Source of the DNA: Spirochaetaceae bacterium
Lineage (GTDB): Bacteria; Spirochaetota; Spirochaetia; DSM-27196; SLAA01
DNA length: 64,000 nucleotides
Assembly (NCBI GenBank): GCA_003552985.1
Contig: PUPD01000298.1
Coordinates: 6,729 to 70,728, forward strand
Direction of reading: 5' to 3'
Part shown: positions 25,453 to 36,608 of the stretch, piece by piece
Layout of the letters: each line of letters opens with the position of its first letter
Position numbering within the stretch: the stretch's first letter is position 1
Notes under the pieces: generated by a model
Databases searched by the model: none
What the model was told of the DNA's origin: nothing
Seen by the model: only the letters and a program-made list of their open reading frames with translations
Made by a program: the position numbers and the translations under genes

Positions 25453-26835
25453 CTACAGCATCCGGCGCGGATCAAGCAGCTCGTTCAGGCGGTCGTCCGG
25501 CACTACGCCTTCCTCGCGGGCGACGTCGCGGATGGTACGCTGCTCGCGGTAAGCGCGGTAGGCCAGCTTCGAAGCCCGGTCGTACCCGATTTCCAGCGCG
25601 AGCGGCGTGACCAGCGCCAGCGACCACTCGATCCAGTGTTCGCAGCGCTCGCGATCGGCGGTTATGCCGGCTACGCAGCGCTCGGCCAGAGCTCTGCTGG
25701 TGTTTGCGAGCAGCTCGAGCGAGCTCAGTGTCTCGTGCGCCAGCAACGGGTGCATTATGTTGAGGTCCAGCGGGCTATTCTGACCGGCGATAGTAGCCGA
25801 GACCGCCTTGCCGTTCACGTGTGCCGCTACCTGAATCACCATCTCCGGAATCACGGGATTCACCTTGCCGGGCATGATCGAGCTTCCCGGCTGCAGGGAC
25901 GGCAGTGTGATCTCCCCGAGGGCACCTCGTGGCCCGCTGGCCAGAAGCCGCAGGTCGTTTGCGATCTTCATCAGGCTGGTTGCATAGGTGTTAAGCACCC
26001 CCATGAGCTCGACCTGCGCGTCACGGGCGGCGATACCTTCAAAGAGGTTGTCCCCGCGGCGGAACGCGATCCCGGTCTCTTCCACGATCCCGGCGACGGT
26101 GCGTGAGGCAAACTCGGGGTGGCAGTTGATACCGGTTCCGACTGCCGTTCCGCCGAGCGGCAGCTCCTCGAGCCGCGGCAGCGTGCCGGTAAGGCGTGCG
26201 ATTCCCTTCTGCACCTGGTCGGCATACGCGCCGAACTCCTGACCGAGCGTCATCGGCACGGCGTCCTGCAGATGCGTGCGTCCGAGCTTGACTATCTCGG
26301 CGAACTCGGTGGCCTTGTCCGCGAACGCGTCGTGCAGCTTCCCCATCGCGGCTAGTAGGGTTCCGGCCTGCATGCGGTCGGCGATCTGCAGCGCGGTGGG
26401 GATCACATCGTTGGAGGACTGGCCCCGGTTGACATGGTCGTTCGGGTGGACCGGCGAGCGCGTGCCGAGCGGTTGGCCGAGAAGCTCATTGGCGCGGTTG
26501 GCGAGGACCTCGTTGATATTCATGTTCCAGGAGGTGCCCGAACCGGTCTGAAAGACATCAATCGGGAACTGCCGGTCATGGTTACCGGCAAGCACCTCGT
26601 CGGCTGCGGTGACGATTGCGTTCGCGAGGCGTTCCTCGATCAAGCGGAGCGCGGCGTTCGTTTGTGCCGCGTGCTTCTTGATGTAGGCCAGCGCGCGGAT
26701 CAGCGCCGGCGCGATGCGCAACTGCGAGACGCCGAAGTTCGCAACTGCGCGCTGTGTCTGTGCTCCCCAATAGGCGGACGCGGGTATCTCGACCTCGCCC
26801 ATGGAATCCGACTCGTACCGTCGCTCTTCACTCAT
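25453..26835 (-). CDS. fumC: Class II fumarate hydratase
   Basis: GSSIMPGKVNP signature. The N-terminus DSMGEVEIPASAYWGAQTQRA resembles FumC more than AspA. The ATG at 26835, preceded by GGGAGG, is preferred over the ORF-track start 26970. Confidence 0.85.
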   Translation of the reverse strand: MSEERRYESDSMGEVEIPASAYWGAQTQRAVANFGVSQLRIAPALIRALAYIKKHAAQTNAALRLIEERLANAIVTAADEVLAGNHDRQFPIDVFQTGSGTSWNMNINEVLANRANELLGQPLGTRSPVHPNDHVNRGQSSNDVIPTALQIADRMQAGTLLAAMGKLHDAFADKATEFAEIVKLGRTHLQDAVPMTLGQEFGAYADQVQKGIARLTGTLPRLEELPLGGTAVGTGINCHPEFASRTVAGIVEETGIAFRRGDNLFEGIAARDAQVELMGVLNTYATSLMKIANDLRLLASGPRGALGEITLPSLQPGSSIMPGKVNPVIPEMVIQVAAHVNGKAVSATIAGQNSPLDLNIMHPLLAHETLSSLELLANTSRALAERCVAGITADRERCEHWIEWSLALVTPLALEIGYDRASKLAYRAYREQRTIRDVAREEGVVPDDRLNELLDPRRML

Positions 26836-26956
26836 CGACACCGCCTCCCTCGTCGCCACTCGCAACAGGCTTCTCACTACTCTCGACAGGATAATCAAAT
26901 TTCGACGCGCCGAGCAACGGTGCCGGCCAAAATTATTACCAGCCAAGTTAGGAAGC

Positions 26957-26986
26957 GTGACATAGACCACACCGGGATATTATACT
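26957..26986 (+). promoter_or_regulatory. Candidate promoter for the mdh pair (GTGACA-N18-TATACT)
   Basis: Read directly. It lies ~25 nt upstream of the AGGAGAG RBS and ATG 27012. The same AT box reads TATAAT on the opposite strand, so the direction is ambiguous. Confidence 0.3.
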
Positions 26987-27011
26987 ACCGCCACCATAGG
27001 AGAGAATCGGT

Positions 27012-27935
27012 ATGGCACAGATTGGAATCATTGGAAGTGGAAACCTTGGAGCAAACGCGGCCTTCTTCATGGCGGAGAATCAGGTCGCCGATGTGTGTCT
27101 GTATGACATTCAGGAGGGGCTTTCGTTCGGGAAGGCGCTGGACATGATGGAAGCGGCGCCGGTGCGGCAGTACCGCGTTGCGGTGGACGGCAGCGACAAA
27201 CTCGAGTCGGTGCTGCAGACGCAGGTGCTGGTAATCGCCGCCGGGGCGATCCGGGAACCGGGCCAGGGCAGCGATGACCTCTTTCACACCAACAGCTCGG
27301 TCATCCGGGAGATCGCCGCCGCGGTCGCAGGCTACTCGGGAGTCGTGATCATTGCGACGGAGCCGGTGGACCCGCTCACGGCGCTGTTCGTGGCGGAGTC
27401 GGGGCTCGATGCACGGCGAGTGTTCGGGTTCGGCGGGATTCTGGATACCGCTCGCATGCGCCTGAAGCTTGCCCGCGAGCTCGGAATCGAGCCCCAAGAC
27501 ATCGATGCGTTGGTAGTCGGACGCCATGGCGAGGGCCTGATCGTGCTGCCGAACTACACCCGCGTGACCGGAATCCCGATCCTGCACTTCATCGACGAGC
27601 ACCGCCTCCGGCAGCTCGCCGCGGAGGTTGGCACGGCCGAGGACCGCATTCTCGAGCTTGCCAAACGAACCAACTCGTTTTACGGACCGGCGGCGGCGCT
27701 GGCGGAGCTGGCCGAGGCGGTGGTGTGGGACAGCGGCCGAGTAGCCTCGGTTTCGGTAGTGTTGCAGGGTGAGTACGACCTCAGCGGGGGCGCTATCAGC
27801 CTCCCGGCGATTATCGGGCGCGAGGGAGTTCGGCGTGTGTTGCTTCCTCGGTTGAGCGACGATGAGCTGACGCGATTGCGGAGCGCGGCGAGCGACGTGC
27901 AGGAGATGCTGCAGACCGTAGGAGGACGGGCATGA
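27012..27935 (+). CDS. LDH/MDH-family dehydrogenase, divergent paralog
   Basis: IGIIGSGNLGANAA Rossmann motif, ILDTARM and GRHGEG are conserved. The substrate loop reads GAIREPGQGSDDL instead of G.PRKPGM.R.DL. Confidence 0.8.
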   Translation: MAQIGIIGSGNLGANAAFFMAENQVADVCLYDIQEGLSFGKALDMMEAAPVRQYRVAVDGSDKLESVLQTQVLVIAAGAIREPGQGSDDLFHTNSSVIREIAAAVAGYSGVVIIATEPVDPLTALFVAESGLDARRVFGFGGILDTARMRLKLARELGIEPQDIDALVVGRHGEGLIVLPNYTRVTGIPILHFIDEHRLRQLAAEVGTAEDRILELAKRTNSFYGPAAALAELAEAVVWDSGRVASVSVVLQGEYDLSGGAISLPAIIGREGVRRVLLPRLSDDELTRLRSAASDVQEMLQTVGGRA

Positions 27936-28864
27936 AGAAGGTAGCGATTATCGGCGCCGGCAACGTAGGTGCTACTACAGCGTATTTTGTGGCCAAAGAG
28001 CGGATCGCGGATGTCGTTCTGCTGGACGTGGTCGAAGGCATGCCGCAGAGCAAGGCCGAGGATTTTCTGCATGCGGGTCCGCTGGAGCGCTATAACGTGG
28101 AGATCACCGGTTCCACCAACTATGAGGCGATGCGCGATGCCGATGTGGTGGTCCACACCGCCGGTATCCCCCGCAAACCCGGCATGGACCGGCTGGACCT
28201 GATGAAGACCAACGCAGGTATCGCCAAGACCGCCGGCCAGGCGATCGGAGAGTTCGCCCCCAATGCGGTCGTGATCGTGGTGGCCAATCCGCTCGATATC
28301 ATCGCGCTTGCAATTCTACGGGAGACGGGGTTTGCGCTGCGCCATATCGTCGGCATGGCCGGCATTCTGGATTCCACCCGCTTCAGCTATTTCATCGCAC
28401 AGGAGCTGGGAGTCAAGCCCGAAGATGTGAGCTCGATGGTGTTGGGAGGCCATGGTGACAGCATGGTGCCGCTTTCGCGGTATACCTCGGTCGGTGGGTT
28501 CCCGTTGACCGAGCTACTGGATGCCGAGACAATCGAGCGCCTGGTGCAACGCACCCGCATCGGAGGCGGCGAAATCGTCAACTATCTGAAGAAGGGCAGC
28601 GCCTTCTACGCGCCCGGAGCCTCGGTCGCTCAGATGGTCGCCGCCGTGATAATGGACCGCAAACGAGTAGTGGCCGCTTCGGCCTATCTGCGCGGCGAGT
28701 ACGGGCATCGCGGCATCTTTTTCGGTGTGCCGGTCATACTCGGGAAGAACGGGGTGGAGCGGATCATCGAGCTGGAGCTCACCGAGGAAGAGAGAGCGGC
28801 GCTCGACCTTTCGGCCGAACAGGTGCGAGAGGCCGCCAACAACCTTGACGAGCTGCTGGCGTAG
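27932..28864 (+). CDS. mdh: Malate dehydrogenase (LDH-like, NAD-dependent)
   Basis: IIGAGNVGATTA, GIPRKPGMDRLDL, ILDSTRF and GGHGDSMVP. ATGA start/stop overlap with the upstream paralog, with a GGAGGA RBS. Confidence 0.9.
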   Translation: MKKVAIIGAGNVGATTAYFVAKERIADVVLLDVVEGMPQSKAEDFLHAGPLERYNVEITGSTNYEAMRDADVVVHTAGIPRKPGMDRLDLMKTNAGIAKTAGQAIGEFAPNAVVIVVANPLDIIALAILRETGFALRHIVGMAGILDSTRFSYFIAQELGVKPEDVSSMVLGGHGDSMVPLSRYTSVGGFPLTELLDAETIERLVQRTRIGGGEIVNYLKKGSAFYAPGASVAQMVAAVIMDRKRVVAASAYLRGEYGHRGIFFGVPVILGKNGVERIIELELTEEERAALDLSAEQVREAANNLDELLA

Positions 28865-28925
28865 CCGGGCGCTCCGCGCCGCAGGGGCTTCCGCGGGAAG
28901 CGGCCGCCCGGCGGCGCTCCGGAGT

Positions 28926-30071
28926 TCACGGGCGTTCGTTCATCGGCAGGATAGACTTGTCGCGCTCGCCGACGTACAGCGCCTTAGGGCGATAGATCCG
29001 GTTGTCGGCGCGCTGCTCGAGGATATGGGCAAGCCAGCCTGAGGCGCGAGCCATCGCGAAGATCGGGGTGTAGAGCCGAATCGGAATACCTAACAGCCGG
29101 TATACCGCTCCGGAGAAGAAGTCGACGTTGGGATAGATCGGTTTGCCTTTCTCTTCCATGCGCTCGCGGAAGGTGCCCTCAACCGCTTTCAGGATCTCGT
29201 AGTAACGGAAATCGTTGTTCTTCTCGGAGAGCTTGCGGAGGTAGCTCTCCATGACGGTTGCGCGCGGATCGGGGGCCTTGTAGACACGATGCCCCATGCC
29301 CATGACTTTGCGCTTTTCATCCAGCGCTCGATTTACCCACGCGGGGGCCTTGGCCGGGTCGCCGATCTCGTCGACCATCTGCATCACCTTCTCGTTTGCG
29401 CCGCCGTGGAGACTGCCGAACAATGCTCCGATTGCAGCCGAGATCGCCGAGTAGCAGGTTGAGATGGTTGACGCCACCACGCGGGCGGTGAAGGTGGAGG
29501 CGTTGAAGCCGTGCTCGGCATGCAGGACCAGGCAATCGTCCATAATGCCGCCCTCAAGCTCGTCGGGTTCTTCTCCGGTCAGCATGTAGAGGAAGCTTGC
29601 GCCGTGAGACAGCGTCTTGCTCGGTTCGATATACGACCGCCCGGTCTTAAAGCGTTCGTAGGTCGCGACCACGGTCGCCAGCTGTACCACCTGGTGCAGG
29701 GTGTCGCGGCAATTGCAGTGCGCCGAGTGCTGTATCTTGTGCTCGACAGAGCCGCTCAGGTACGCGACCACCGACTGCAGGAGCTCCATCGGATGCGCGT
29801 CGTCCGGGAACTCACGGATCATGTGCCGAATGGGCTCGCTGATGTCGCGCGACGCGCGCATCTGCTTCTGGAACCATGTGTACTCACGTTCGTTGGGTAG
29901 CTCTCCGTAGAGCAGCAAGTAGGTAACTTCCTCGAAACTGCAGTGTTCCACCAGGTCTTCGATACTATAGCCCTCGTAGTATAGTTGGCCGTTCTCGCCG
30001 TCCACCTTGCAGATCCTGCTTTCGGCGGCGATTACGCCTTCGAGTCCTTTTGAATACTCGACATTTGACAT
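28926..30071 (-). CDS. gltA: Citrate synthase
   Basis: GMGHRVYK, LHAEHGFNASTF and NVDFFSGAVY motifs. Confidence 0.9.
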   Translation of the reverse strand: MSNVEYSKGLEGVIAAESRICKVDGENGQLYYEGYSIEDLVEHCSFEEVTYLLLYGELPNEREYTWFQKQMRASRDISEPIRHMIREFPDDAHPMELLQSVVAYLSGSVEHKIQHSAHCNCRDTLHQVVQLATVVATYERFKTGRSYIEPSKTLSHGASFLYMLTGEEPDELEGGIMDDCLVLHAEHGFNASTFTARVVASTISTCYSAISAAIGALFGSLHGGANEKVMQMVDEIGDPAKAPAWVNRALDEKRKVMGMGHRVYKAPDPRATVMESYLRKLSEKNNDFRYYEILKAVEGTFRERMEEKGKPIYPNVDFFSGAVYRLLGIPIRLYTPIFAMARASGWLAHILEQRADNRIYRPKALYVGERDKSILPMNERP

Positions 30072-30095
30072 TGCTCGATCTCCTCCTGCTTTTAG

Positions 30096-31529
30096 CTAAA
30101 TGCTGTGAATCGCCCGTCCCGCGACGCTGAGCGCGGCCTCTTTAACCGCCTCGCTCAGGGTTGGATGGGCATGACAGATCCGCGCGATATCCTCGGCGGA
30201 ACCGCCGAACTCCATCACGGTGACGAGCTCGCTGATGAGCTCGGAAGCTGAAGACCCTATGATCTGCGCGCCGAGGACGCGGTCGGTGCGCTCATCGCTC
30301 AGCACCTTGACCATACCTCGGTCGGCGGCGGAAGCGAGCGCGCGCCCGTTGGCGCTGAACGCGAAGCGACCGACGCGGTAGGCGACCCCGGTCTCCTTGA
30401 GCTGCGCCTCGTTGCGGCCGACCGCCGCAACCTCCGGATTGGTGTACACCACGTTCGGAACTGCCTCATAATTGACGTGTCCGTAGCCATCGGCGGCCAG
30501 CTCCGCCACTGCTACGCCCTCCTCCTCGGCCTTGTGCGCCAGCATTGGGCCGTGGATCAGGTCGCCGATCGCGTACACGCCGTCAATGCTGGTACGATAC
30601 TGTGCATCCACCTTCAGGCGCTTTCCGTCCTCGGCGCGAGCGATACCGAGCTGCTCGAGTCCCAAGCCTTCGACGTACGGTTGCCGTCCAACCGCTACCA
30701 GCACGGTATCGGCCTCGAGCTTGTGCTCGCTGTCTCCGTTATCGATCATCGTCAGCTCAACACCTGCTCCGGTCTCCGATAGCCCGGTCACACGAGTCTC
30801 GAGATGAAAGCGCATTCCCTGGCGCTGCAGCTCCTTCTGGAGCAGCTTTGCTGCCTCGGAATCGAAACCCGGCAGAAGGCGGGGCAAGATCTCAACCACC
30901 GTAACCTCACTGCCGAGCCGCTGCCACACGCTTCCGAGCTCGAGCCCGATCGCGCCGGCACCGATCACCGCCAGCCGGGCCGGAACCTCGGTGAAGGCGA
31001 GCGCCTCGGTTGAGCTTACGACCCGCTTCCCGTCGAACGGAACGGCCGGCAGCTCGGTTGGAACGCTCCCGGTGGCGAGTACGATGTGCTGCGCGGAGAG
31101 GGTGCGCTCGCCTTCATCGGTGCCGGCGGCAACATCGGTGGAGCGCACCGTAATTCTGCCCGGCTCGGGAATGGTCGCCCGACCGCCGACAACCTCGACT
31201 CCGTGGTGCTTCATGAGGCTTTTGAGTCCGCCGGTGAGCTTGCGAACAACCTTGTCCTTGCGCTTCATCATCGTCCGCAGGTCGAGCGTAACGCCTTTGA
31301 TCTTGATGCCGTGCTCGGCGGCCGCGGTCCGGGCTTCGTAGAAACGCTCGCTCGAGTCCAGCAGGGTCTTTGAGGGGATGCACCCGATATTCAGGCAGGT
31401 TCCCCCGAGGGTGGCCTCTTTTTCCACCAGCGCGACCGAGAGACCGAGCTGGGCCGCGCGTATTGCGCAGACATAGCCCCCGGGGCCCGCGCCGATCACC
31501 GCAAGATCGTAGTGATTCTTATCCGCCAT
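30096..31529 (-). CDS. lpdA: Dihydrolipoyl dehydrogenase (E3)
   Basis: GAGPGGY, redox disulfide GGTCLNIGCIPSK, and C-terminal HAHPTLSEA. Confidence 0.9.
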   Translation of the reverse strand: MADKNHYDLAVIGAGPGGYVCAIRAAQLGLSVALVEKEATLGGTCLNIGCIPSKTLLDSSERFYEARTAAAEHGIKIKGVTLDLRTMMKRKDKVVRKLTGGLKSLMKHHGVEVVGGRATIPEPGRITVRSTDVAAGTDEGERTLSAQHIVLATGSVPTELPAVPFDGKRVVSSTEALAFTEVPARLAVIGAGAIGLELGSVWQRLGSEVTVVEILPRLLPGFDSEAAKLLQKELQRQGMRFHLETRVTGLSETGAGVELTMIDNGDSEHKLEADTVLVAVGRQPYVEGLGLEQLGIARAEDGKRLKVDAQYRTSIDGVYAIGDLIHGPMLAHKAEEEGVAVAELAADGYGHVNYEAVPNVVYTNPEVAAVGRNEAQLKETGVAYRVGRFAFSANGRALASAADRGMVKVLSDERTDRVLGAQIIGSSASELISELVTVMEFGGSAEDIARICHAHPTLSEAVKEAALSVAGRAIHSI

Positions 31530-31552
31530 CGGTTCTCCTGTAGATTCGCGGT

Positions 31553-32830
31553 CTAAAGCCCGAGTAGCATTCGGCCCGGGTCCTCGATCTGCTGTTTCAC
31601 CGCAACCAGAAACTTGATCGCCTCGCGACCGTCGACGATGCGATGATCGTAGGTCAGGGCGAGGTACATCATGGGGCGGATCACTACCGCATCGTTGATC
31701 GCTACCGGCCGCTTCTGGATGCTGTGCATACCGAGTACGCCGCTCTGCGGCGGACTGGGAATCGGCGTAGACAGCATGGAGCCGAACACGCCACCGTTCG
31801 AGATCGTGAAGGTGCCCCCGGTGAGCTCATCCGGCATGAGCTTCTTCTGTTGGGCGCGCGTGATAAACGAGAGGATCTCGCTCTCGATCGCGGCGAACGA
31901 TTTGCGGTCGACATCGCGGACCACCGGAGTGATCAGTCCGCGGTCGCTCGAGAGCGCGACGCCGATATTGTAGTAATTGTGGTATACGATCTCGTCGCCG
32001 TCTATGCGTCCGTTGAGCTCCGGATACGCTTCAAGCGCCCTCTGGGCCGCCTTGATAAAAAACGACATGAACCCGAGCTTGACTCGGTGCGTCTCTTCGA
32101 ACTGCTCGCGGTGCCGTGCTCTGAGCTCCATGACCGCCGACATATCCACCTCGTTAAAGGTGGTGAGGTGTGCTGAGCTCTGCTGCGAAGCAACCAGGTT
32201 CTCGGCAATCCGTCGCCTCAGTGAAGACAGCTTCCTGCGCGTCTCGCGCCCGGTTTCGTCGGCAGTCTGCGAGACGCGTGCAGCCGGCGTGGTGGTCGCA
32301 TCCGAGCGCCCGTGCTCGGCCGCCTTGAGTGCATCTTCCTTGGTGATTCGGCCGCCCGGGCCGGATCCCTGAATCTCGAACGGGTTCAGGCCGTGCTCCT
32401 CGACAACTCTGCGGACCGCGGGCGAGAGGGCCGGGGCGGAGCCGTCGTCTGAGAGGTGGCCCTGCTTGTTGCCCGGGCCCTCGGTGGCTGCTTCCGGCTC
32501 CGGTGCCGCTTCGTGCGGTTTGCGTGTCGTCTCGGAAGCCTCGGAGCTCTGCGCGGGCTGCGCGGCTTGTCCGTCTGCCGGTGCCGCCACCGCACCGTCG
32601 GTCTCGATTGTGGCCACCGTGCGGCCGACCGCTACCTCGGTGTCTTCGGCAACCGTTATCTCGAGCACGCCGGCTGCGGGAGCGGGGACGGCTAAGGTGG
32701 CCTTGTCGGTCTCCAGCTCGAAGATCTCTTCGCCCTCCTCAACCGCGTCGCCGGATTTCTTCAGCCACGAGGCGAGCACGCCGCTCGACACTGACTCGCC
32801 GATCTCCGGAACCAGTACATCCTTCTTCAT
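31553..32830 (-). CDS. sucB: Dihydrolipoamide succinyltransferase (E2o)
   Basis: Start at [14 protein letters not shown] (CAT at 32828-32830). Lipoyl motif ELETDKATL and catalytic [10 protein letters not shown]. The ORF-track 581-aa version extends spuriously into sucA. Confidence 0.9.
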   Translation of the reverse strand: MKKDVLVPEIGESVSSGVLASWLKKSGDAVEEGEEIFELETDKATLAVPAPAAGVLEITVAEDTEVAVGRTVATIETDGAVAAPADGQAAQPAQSSEASETTRKPHEAAPEPEAATEGPGNKQGHLSDDGSAPALSPAVRRVVEEHGLNPFEIQGSGPGGRITKEDALKAAEHGRSDATTTPAARVSQTADETGRETRRKLSSLRRRIAENLVASQQSSAHLTTFNEVDMSAVMELRARHREQFEETHRVKLGFMSFFIKAAQRALEAYPELNGRIDGDEIVYHNYYNIGVALSSDRGLITPVVRDVDRKSFAAIESEILSFITRAQQKKLMPDELTGGTFTISNGGVFGSMLSTPIPSPPQSGVLGMHSIQKRPVAINDAVVIRPMMYLALTYDHRIVDGREAIKFLVAVKQQIEDPGRMLLGL

Positions 32831-32864
32831 CTTGCTCCTCGCTCTCCAGTTATGCGTTCTGTGC

Positions 32865-35732
32865 TTATGCCTTCGCCGTCTTCGGCGCGGCCGCCGGAAG
32901 CGCCTGGGACAGAATCTGCTCCAGCTCTTCGAGGTGCTGGTTGTGCGATCCGGTAGCGGGGCTCGCGGCGGCAGGTCGGCCGAGATACTCGATCTCGTCC
33001 AACCCCAGGGTCGCGCGCAGGCGGGGCTCCACGAAGCTCCAGGCACCGCGGTTCTGAGACTCCTCCTGAACCCACTTGATTGTGCGCGCATGCCGATAAT
33101 GCCCGACCAGTTCGGCGAGCTCGTCGGCATGGAACGGATACAACTGTTCCAGTCGAATGATCGCGGTATCGCGTGCTCCTTGCGCCTCGCGCCGCTCAAC
33201 GAGATCGTAGTACACCTTGCCGCTGCACAGTACCAGCGCCTCGGCGTTGCGATACTGCTCCTCGTCGTCGATGATCGGCTTGAAGCCGCCTTCGGCAAGC
33301 TCCTCCAGGCTCGAGACGGCGCGCTTGCGGCGCAGAAGGCTCTTAGGGGTCATCAGCACCAGCGGCTTGCGGAAGTTCTGATGCAGCTGCTTGCGCAGGA
33401 TATGGAAGTACTGCGCCGGCGTTGTGCAGTTGGCAACGATCATATTCTGTTCCGCGCACAGCTGCAGAAAGCGCTCCATGTGTGCGCTGGAGTGCTCAGG
33501 CCCTTGTCCCTCGTAGCCGTGCGGCAGCAGCATCACCAGGCCGCTGGCGCGGAACCATTTGACTTCGCCGGAGGCGATGAAGTTGTCGATGACTACCTGA
33601 GCGCCGTTGACGAAATCGCCGAACTGGGCCTCCCATAGCACCAGGATGTGCGGGTGGGCGAGTGAGTAACCGTAGTCAAACCCAAGGACCGCGAACTCCG
33701 ACAGCGGGCTGTCGTATACCGAAAACGAGGCCTGGTCCGAGCTCAGATGGCGCAACGGGACATAGGAGGTGGGCGTCGGCGTCGAGATATCCCACCATCG
33801 CGCGTGGCGCTGGCTAAACGTTCCGCGCGCACTGTCCTCGCCGCTCAGACGGATGGGGTATCCTTCCAGGAGTAGGCTGCCGAACGCCAGGCTTTCGGCG
33901 AACGCCCAGTCGATGCTGTTTTCGGAGAACTGTTTGGCCCGTTGTTGCACCAGGCGTTTCAGCTTGGGGTGTGCACTGAAGTCGTCGGGGATGGTGTTGA
34001 TTGTGTCGGCAATATGGGTGAGTCGCTCGCGTGGGACGCGGGTATCCACCGCCTCGAGAGAGTACCTGGAGTCAAGCTGCTCCCATTCACCGTGCTCGTA
34101 TGCGTCGCGCAGCGTGGGCTGCCACCCGCTTTTGGCGAGATCGAGCTCCTGCTGTAGCACACCGCGATACTTCTTGAGAAACGCCTCCTGCTCCTCGTAG
34201 GGGTAGACGTCTTCCGCGTGTACCTTCCTGCCGTACTGAGCGGCGACGCGCTCGTGCTCGTTGATCATCGAGTACATCAGCGGATGGGTGAACGCCGGCT
34301 CGTCGGCCTCGTTATGGCCGCGCATGCGGTAACAGAAGATATCAACAACCGCATCATACCCGAACTTCTGGCGGTAGCGCACCGCAAGATCGACCGCCCG
34401 AATCACCGCCTCGGGGTCGTCGCCGTTGACGTGGAAGATCGGAACCGGCATCGTCTTAGCGATGTCCGTGGCGAAAAAGGTGGAGCGGGCGTCGCGGGAA
34501 GCGGTTGTAAAACCAATCTGATTGTTGATGATGATGTGTACGGTCCCGCCGGTGCGATATCCCTTCAGCTGGGAGAGATTGAAGGTTTCGGCCACGACTC
34601 CCTGTCCCGAAAACGAGGCGTCGCCGTGGATCAGGACCGGAAGGACCTTCTTGCGATTGAAATCACCGCGGCGGCGCTGGATCCCGCGGCACTTGCCTTC
34701 CACTACCGGATCTACCGACTCTAGATGACTGGGGTTTGCCACCAGGCTGATGTGGATCCTATCGCCTTGCGGGTTGGTCCAGTCGAAGCTGTGGCCCAGA
34801 TGGTACTTGACGTCTCCGCTGCCGCCGTAGGTGTGCGGTTGATAGTTTTCGATGAACATTGCGAAGGTTTCCGCACCGCGCTTGCGCAGCGCGTTAGTGA
34901 ACACATTGAGCCGCCCGCGATGCGACATTCCGAGCACAATCTCCTGCAGATGATGCTGCGCCGCCGAGTAGATCAGATAGTGCAGCCCCGGAATCAACGC
35001 CTCCGAGCCTTCGAGCGAGAACCGCTTCTGCCCGATGAAGTTCGACTGCACGAACCGCTCAAACTCCTCGGCTTTAATGAGGTCCTTTTGCAGCCGAATC
35101 TTCTGCTCCGCACTCCACCGGCGTTGCGCATGCGGACTCTCGAGCTTCTCGATTAGCCAGCGGCGCATCGACTTGTTCTGGATGTGAAGAATCTCCGAAC
35201 CGAGGTGGGAGCAGTAGGTTTCCTGTAGCATCTCCAGGAGATCACGCAGCTTCGCGCGCTTAGGCTCGAAGTAGCGGCCGGTCTCAACCTCCAGATCGAG
35301 ATCGGCTTCGCTCAGCCCGAAGTCTTTCAGGCGCAGACTTTCAAAGCTGGACTCCATGGTGTAGTACATGTAGTCCAGCTCCGGCGTGCTGTAGCGTTTG
35401 AGCGGATTGAGATCGGCGTAGATGTATCCCACGTCTCGATAGGCCCAGATCAGGGCGTTGACGCGGCTCTGTTTATACGCGACCTCGGCCGAGCTCTGTT
35501 CGGCGGCAGCGGGACGGCCCCCCCGCTCGCGGATCGACGGTGCCTCGGGCAGACCTGTGCCGGAGGCGTCCGCGCCGTCTCCGCGATCGAGGTTTTCGAA
35601 ATAGCGGGCCCATTCAGGGGGCACCGCGGCGGGATTCTCCTGCCACTGCTCGTACAGCGACTCCAAGTACTCGGCGTTCGTGAAGTTCATGGATTCGGTA
35701 CTCAATGGCCTACCCCTCTCTGTGTATCGCAT
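32865..35732 (-). CDS. sucA: 2-oxoglutarate dehydrogenase E1 component
   Basis: 955-aa ORF with the E1o-type N-terminus [12 protein letters not shown] and [11 protein letters not shown]. The start could instead be ATG 35690 (MNFTNAEY). Confidence 0.9.
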   Translation of the reverse strand: MRYTERGRPLSTESMNFTNAEYLESLYEQWQENPAAVPPEWARYFENLDRGDGADASGTGLPEAPSIRERGGRPAAAEQSSAEVAYKQSRVNALIWAYRDVGYIYADLNPLKRYSTPELDYMYYTMESSFESLRLKDFGLSEADLDLEVETGRYFEPKRAKLRDLLEMLQETYCSHLGSEILHIQNKSMRRWLIEKLESPHAQRRWSAEQKIRLQKDLIKAEEFERFVQSNFIGQKRFSLEGSEALIPGLHYLIYSAAQHHLQEIVLGMSHRGRLNVFTNALRKRGAETFAMFIENYQPHTYGGSGDVKYHLGHSFDWTNPQGDRIHISLVANPSHLESVDPVVEGKCRGIQRRRGDFNRKKVLPVLIHGDASFSGQGVVAETFNLSQLKGYRTGGTVHIIINNQIGFTTASRDARSTFFATDIAKTMPVPIFHVNGDDPEAVIRAVDLAVRYRQKFGYDAVVDIFCYRMRGHNEADEPAFTHPLMYSMINEHERVAAQYGRKVHAEDVYPYEEQEAFLKKYRGVLQQELDLAKSGWQPTLRDAYEHGEWEQLDSRYSLEAVDTRVPRERLTHIADTINTIPDDFSAHPKLKRLVQQRAKQFSENSIDWAFAESLAFGSLLLEGYPIRLSGEDSARGTFSQRHARWWDISTPTPTSYVPLRHLSSDQASFSVYDSPLSEFAVLGFDYGYSLAHPHILVLWEAQFGDFVNGAQVVIDNFIASGEVKWFRASGLVMLLPHGYEGQGPEHSSAHMERFLQLCAEQNMIVANCTTPAQYFHILRKQLHQNFRKPLVLMTPKSLLRRKRAVSSLEELAEGGFKPIIDDEEQYRNAEALVLCSGKVYYDLVERREAQGARDTAIIRLEQLYPFHADELAELVGHYRHARTIKWVQEESQNRGAWSFVEPRLRATLGLDEIEYLGRPAAASPATGSHNQHLEELEQILSQALPAAAPKTAKA

Positions 35733-35741
35733 ACCTTCCGG

Positions 35742-36608
35742 CTAGAGACGTTCCTTCATGAGGCCGGGAATCTCATCGGGCTTCTGCGCCACCGCCACGC
35801 CGGCTTCGTTGAAGGCGCGAACCTTAGCCTCGGCAGTGCCCCGGCCGCCTGAGATGATGGCGCCTGCGTGCCCCATTCGTTTCCCGGGCGGAGCGGAGCG
35901 GCCCGAGATGAACGCAACCACCGGCTTTGACATCCGGGCCCGGATGTGCTCGGCAGCGGCCTCTTCATCCTCCCCGCCGATCTCGCCGATCAGGACCACG
36001 CCTTCGGTATCCGGATCATGCTCGAACATCTCGAGCAGCTCGATAAACCCGGTCCCGATAATCGGGTCGCCGCCGATTCCCACGCAGGTTGACTGCCCGA
36101 GTCCGCTGGTTGTCAGATTATACACCACTTCATACGTCAGGGTGCCGCTGCGTGAGATCACACCGATCTTCCCCGGTTCGTGGATGCGCAGCGGCATGAT
36201 TCCGATCTTGCATTTGCCCGGCGAGATCAGGCCGGGACAGTTCGGGCCGATCAGCCGTGCTCCCTTCTCACGCACGTAGTAGTAGTTCTCGAGCATCTCG
36301 AGAACCGGCACGCCTTCGGTTATACAGGCGATCAGAGTCACCCCGGCATCGGCGGCTTCACGGATGGCCTGCGAAGCAAACTTCGCCGGCACGAAGATGA
36401 CGGTTGCGTCCACCCGGTGTGCTCCCTGCGCCTCGGCCACTGAGTTGTATACCGGAACTCCGTCGAGGTCGCTGCCGCCTTTTCCCGGAGTAACTCCCGC
36501 GACCACGTTAGTTCCGTCGGCGAGCATGGTTCGGGCGTGAAACGACCCGTCGCGGCCGGTGATGCCCTGGACGATAACGTTGGTGTTGCTGTCGATCAGA
36601 ATGCTCAT
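35742..36608 (-). CDS. sucD: Succinyl-CoA synthetase alpha subunit
   Basis: [23 protein letters not shown] and MGHAGAII (phosphohistidine loop). Confidence 0.92.
   Translation of the reverse strand: MSILIDSNTNVIVQGITGRDGSFHARTMLADGTNVVAGVTPGKGGSDLDGVPVYNSVAEAQGAHRVDATVIFVPAKFASQAIREAADAGVTLIACITEGVPVLEMLENYYYVREKGARLIGPNCPGLISPGKCKIGIMPLRIHEPGKIGVISRSGTLTYEVVYNLTTSGLGQSTCVGIGGDPIIGTGFIELLEMFEHDPDTEGVVLIGEIGGEDEEAAAEHIRARMSKPVVAFISGRSAPPGKRMGHAGAIISGGRGTAEAKVRAFNEAGVAVAQKPDEIPGLMKERL

Noticed and set aside
28865-28925. Hairpin GCTTCC-gcg-GGAAGC between mdh and gltA, considered as a terminator.
   Set aside because: The stem is only 6 bp with no U tract on either strand, which is too weak to call.
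32831-33298. Upstream extension of the sucB ORF into sucA (ORF track 31553-33298).
   Set aside because: The E2 lipoyl domain begins at [13 protein letters not shown] (32830). The extension overlaps the sucA coding sequence in another frame and has junk composition.
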